Assembly: GCA_041946805.1 (NCBI GenBank)
Contig: JBHGBC010000041.1
Span: 1-40,531 of the forward strand
Reading direction: 5' to 3'
DNA length: 40,531 bases
Origin: a bacterium
GTDB lineage: Bacteria > Hinthialibacterota > Hinthialibacteria > Hinthialibacterales > Hinthialibacteraceae
The notes below the pieces were generated by a model. It did not search any database. It saw only the letters and a program-made list of their open reading frames with translations, and was not told where the DNA came from. A program made the translations under genes and the position numbers. The stretch's first letter is position 1; the number at the start of each line of letters is the position of its first letter. This document shows, in pieces, positions 40,473 to 40,531 of this stretch.

Positions 40473-40531
40473 GACCTGAATCCGTGAACTAAGATTCCCA
40501 AAAAATCGCGGCGGAACTTACATCACGAAAA

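Noticed and set aside
16635..40531. A third tRNA-Arg fragment closing the outer island
   Set aside because: Not found by eye within the window, so the outer island's right boundary is undetermined.

Overview
Bacterial, mostly GC-rich window in three parts. (1) 1-11.4 kb is apparently core genome: a sulfatase-like lipoprotein, a secreted beta-helix protein, an NtrC-type sigma54 regulator, an MBL hydrolase, a GT4+GT2 pair and membrane proteins, ending at tRNA-Arg(UCU). (2) The tRNA is an integration hotspot. A complete ~5.1 kb element (11426-16604) sits between 50-bp direct repeats of the tRNA 3' part. It carries an intact tyrosine integrase, an AlpA/Xis-type HTH, a twin-HTH Rep-like gene followed by 21-bp iterons, a PC4-like ssDNA-binding protein and a terminase-small-subunit-like gene, but no capsid genes, so it looks like a minimal phage satellite. 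Att-arm homology past attR indicates an older, related island behind it. That region holds a deletion scar of a helicase/methyltransferase locus, then an intact ParA - small helical protein - Hsp70-TPR - minimal UvrD-like helicase operon (candidate uncharacterised defence/conflict system). After it come IS66 and IS1634 debris, a decayed surface-protein/tail-collar/GNAT/DUF6916-like cluster and the 3' end of a group II intron. (3) 35.1-40.5 kb is a monosaccharide ABC transporter with a permease-binding-protein fusion and a truncated L-rhamnose-mutarotase-like fragment. All family assignments come from motif recognition by eye; no database searches were run.
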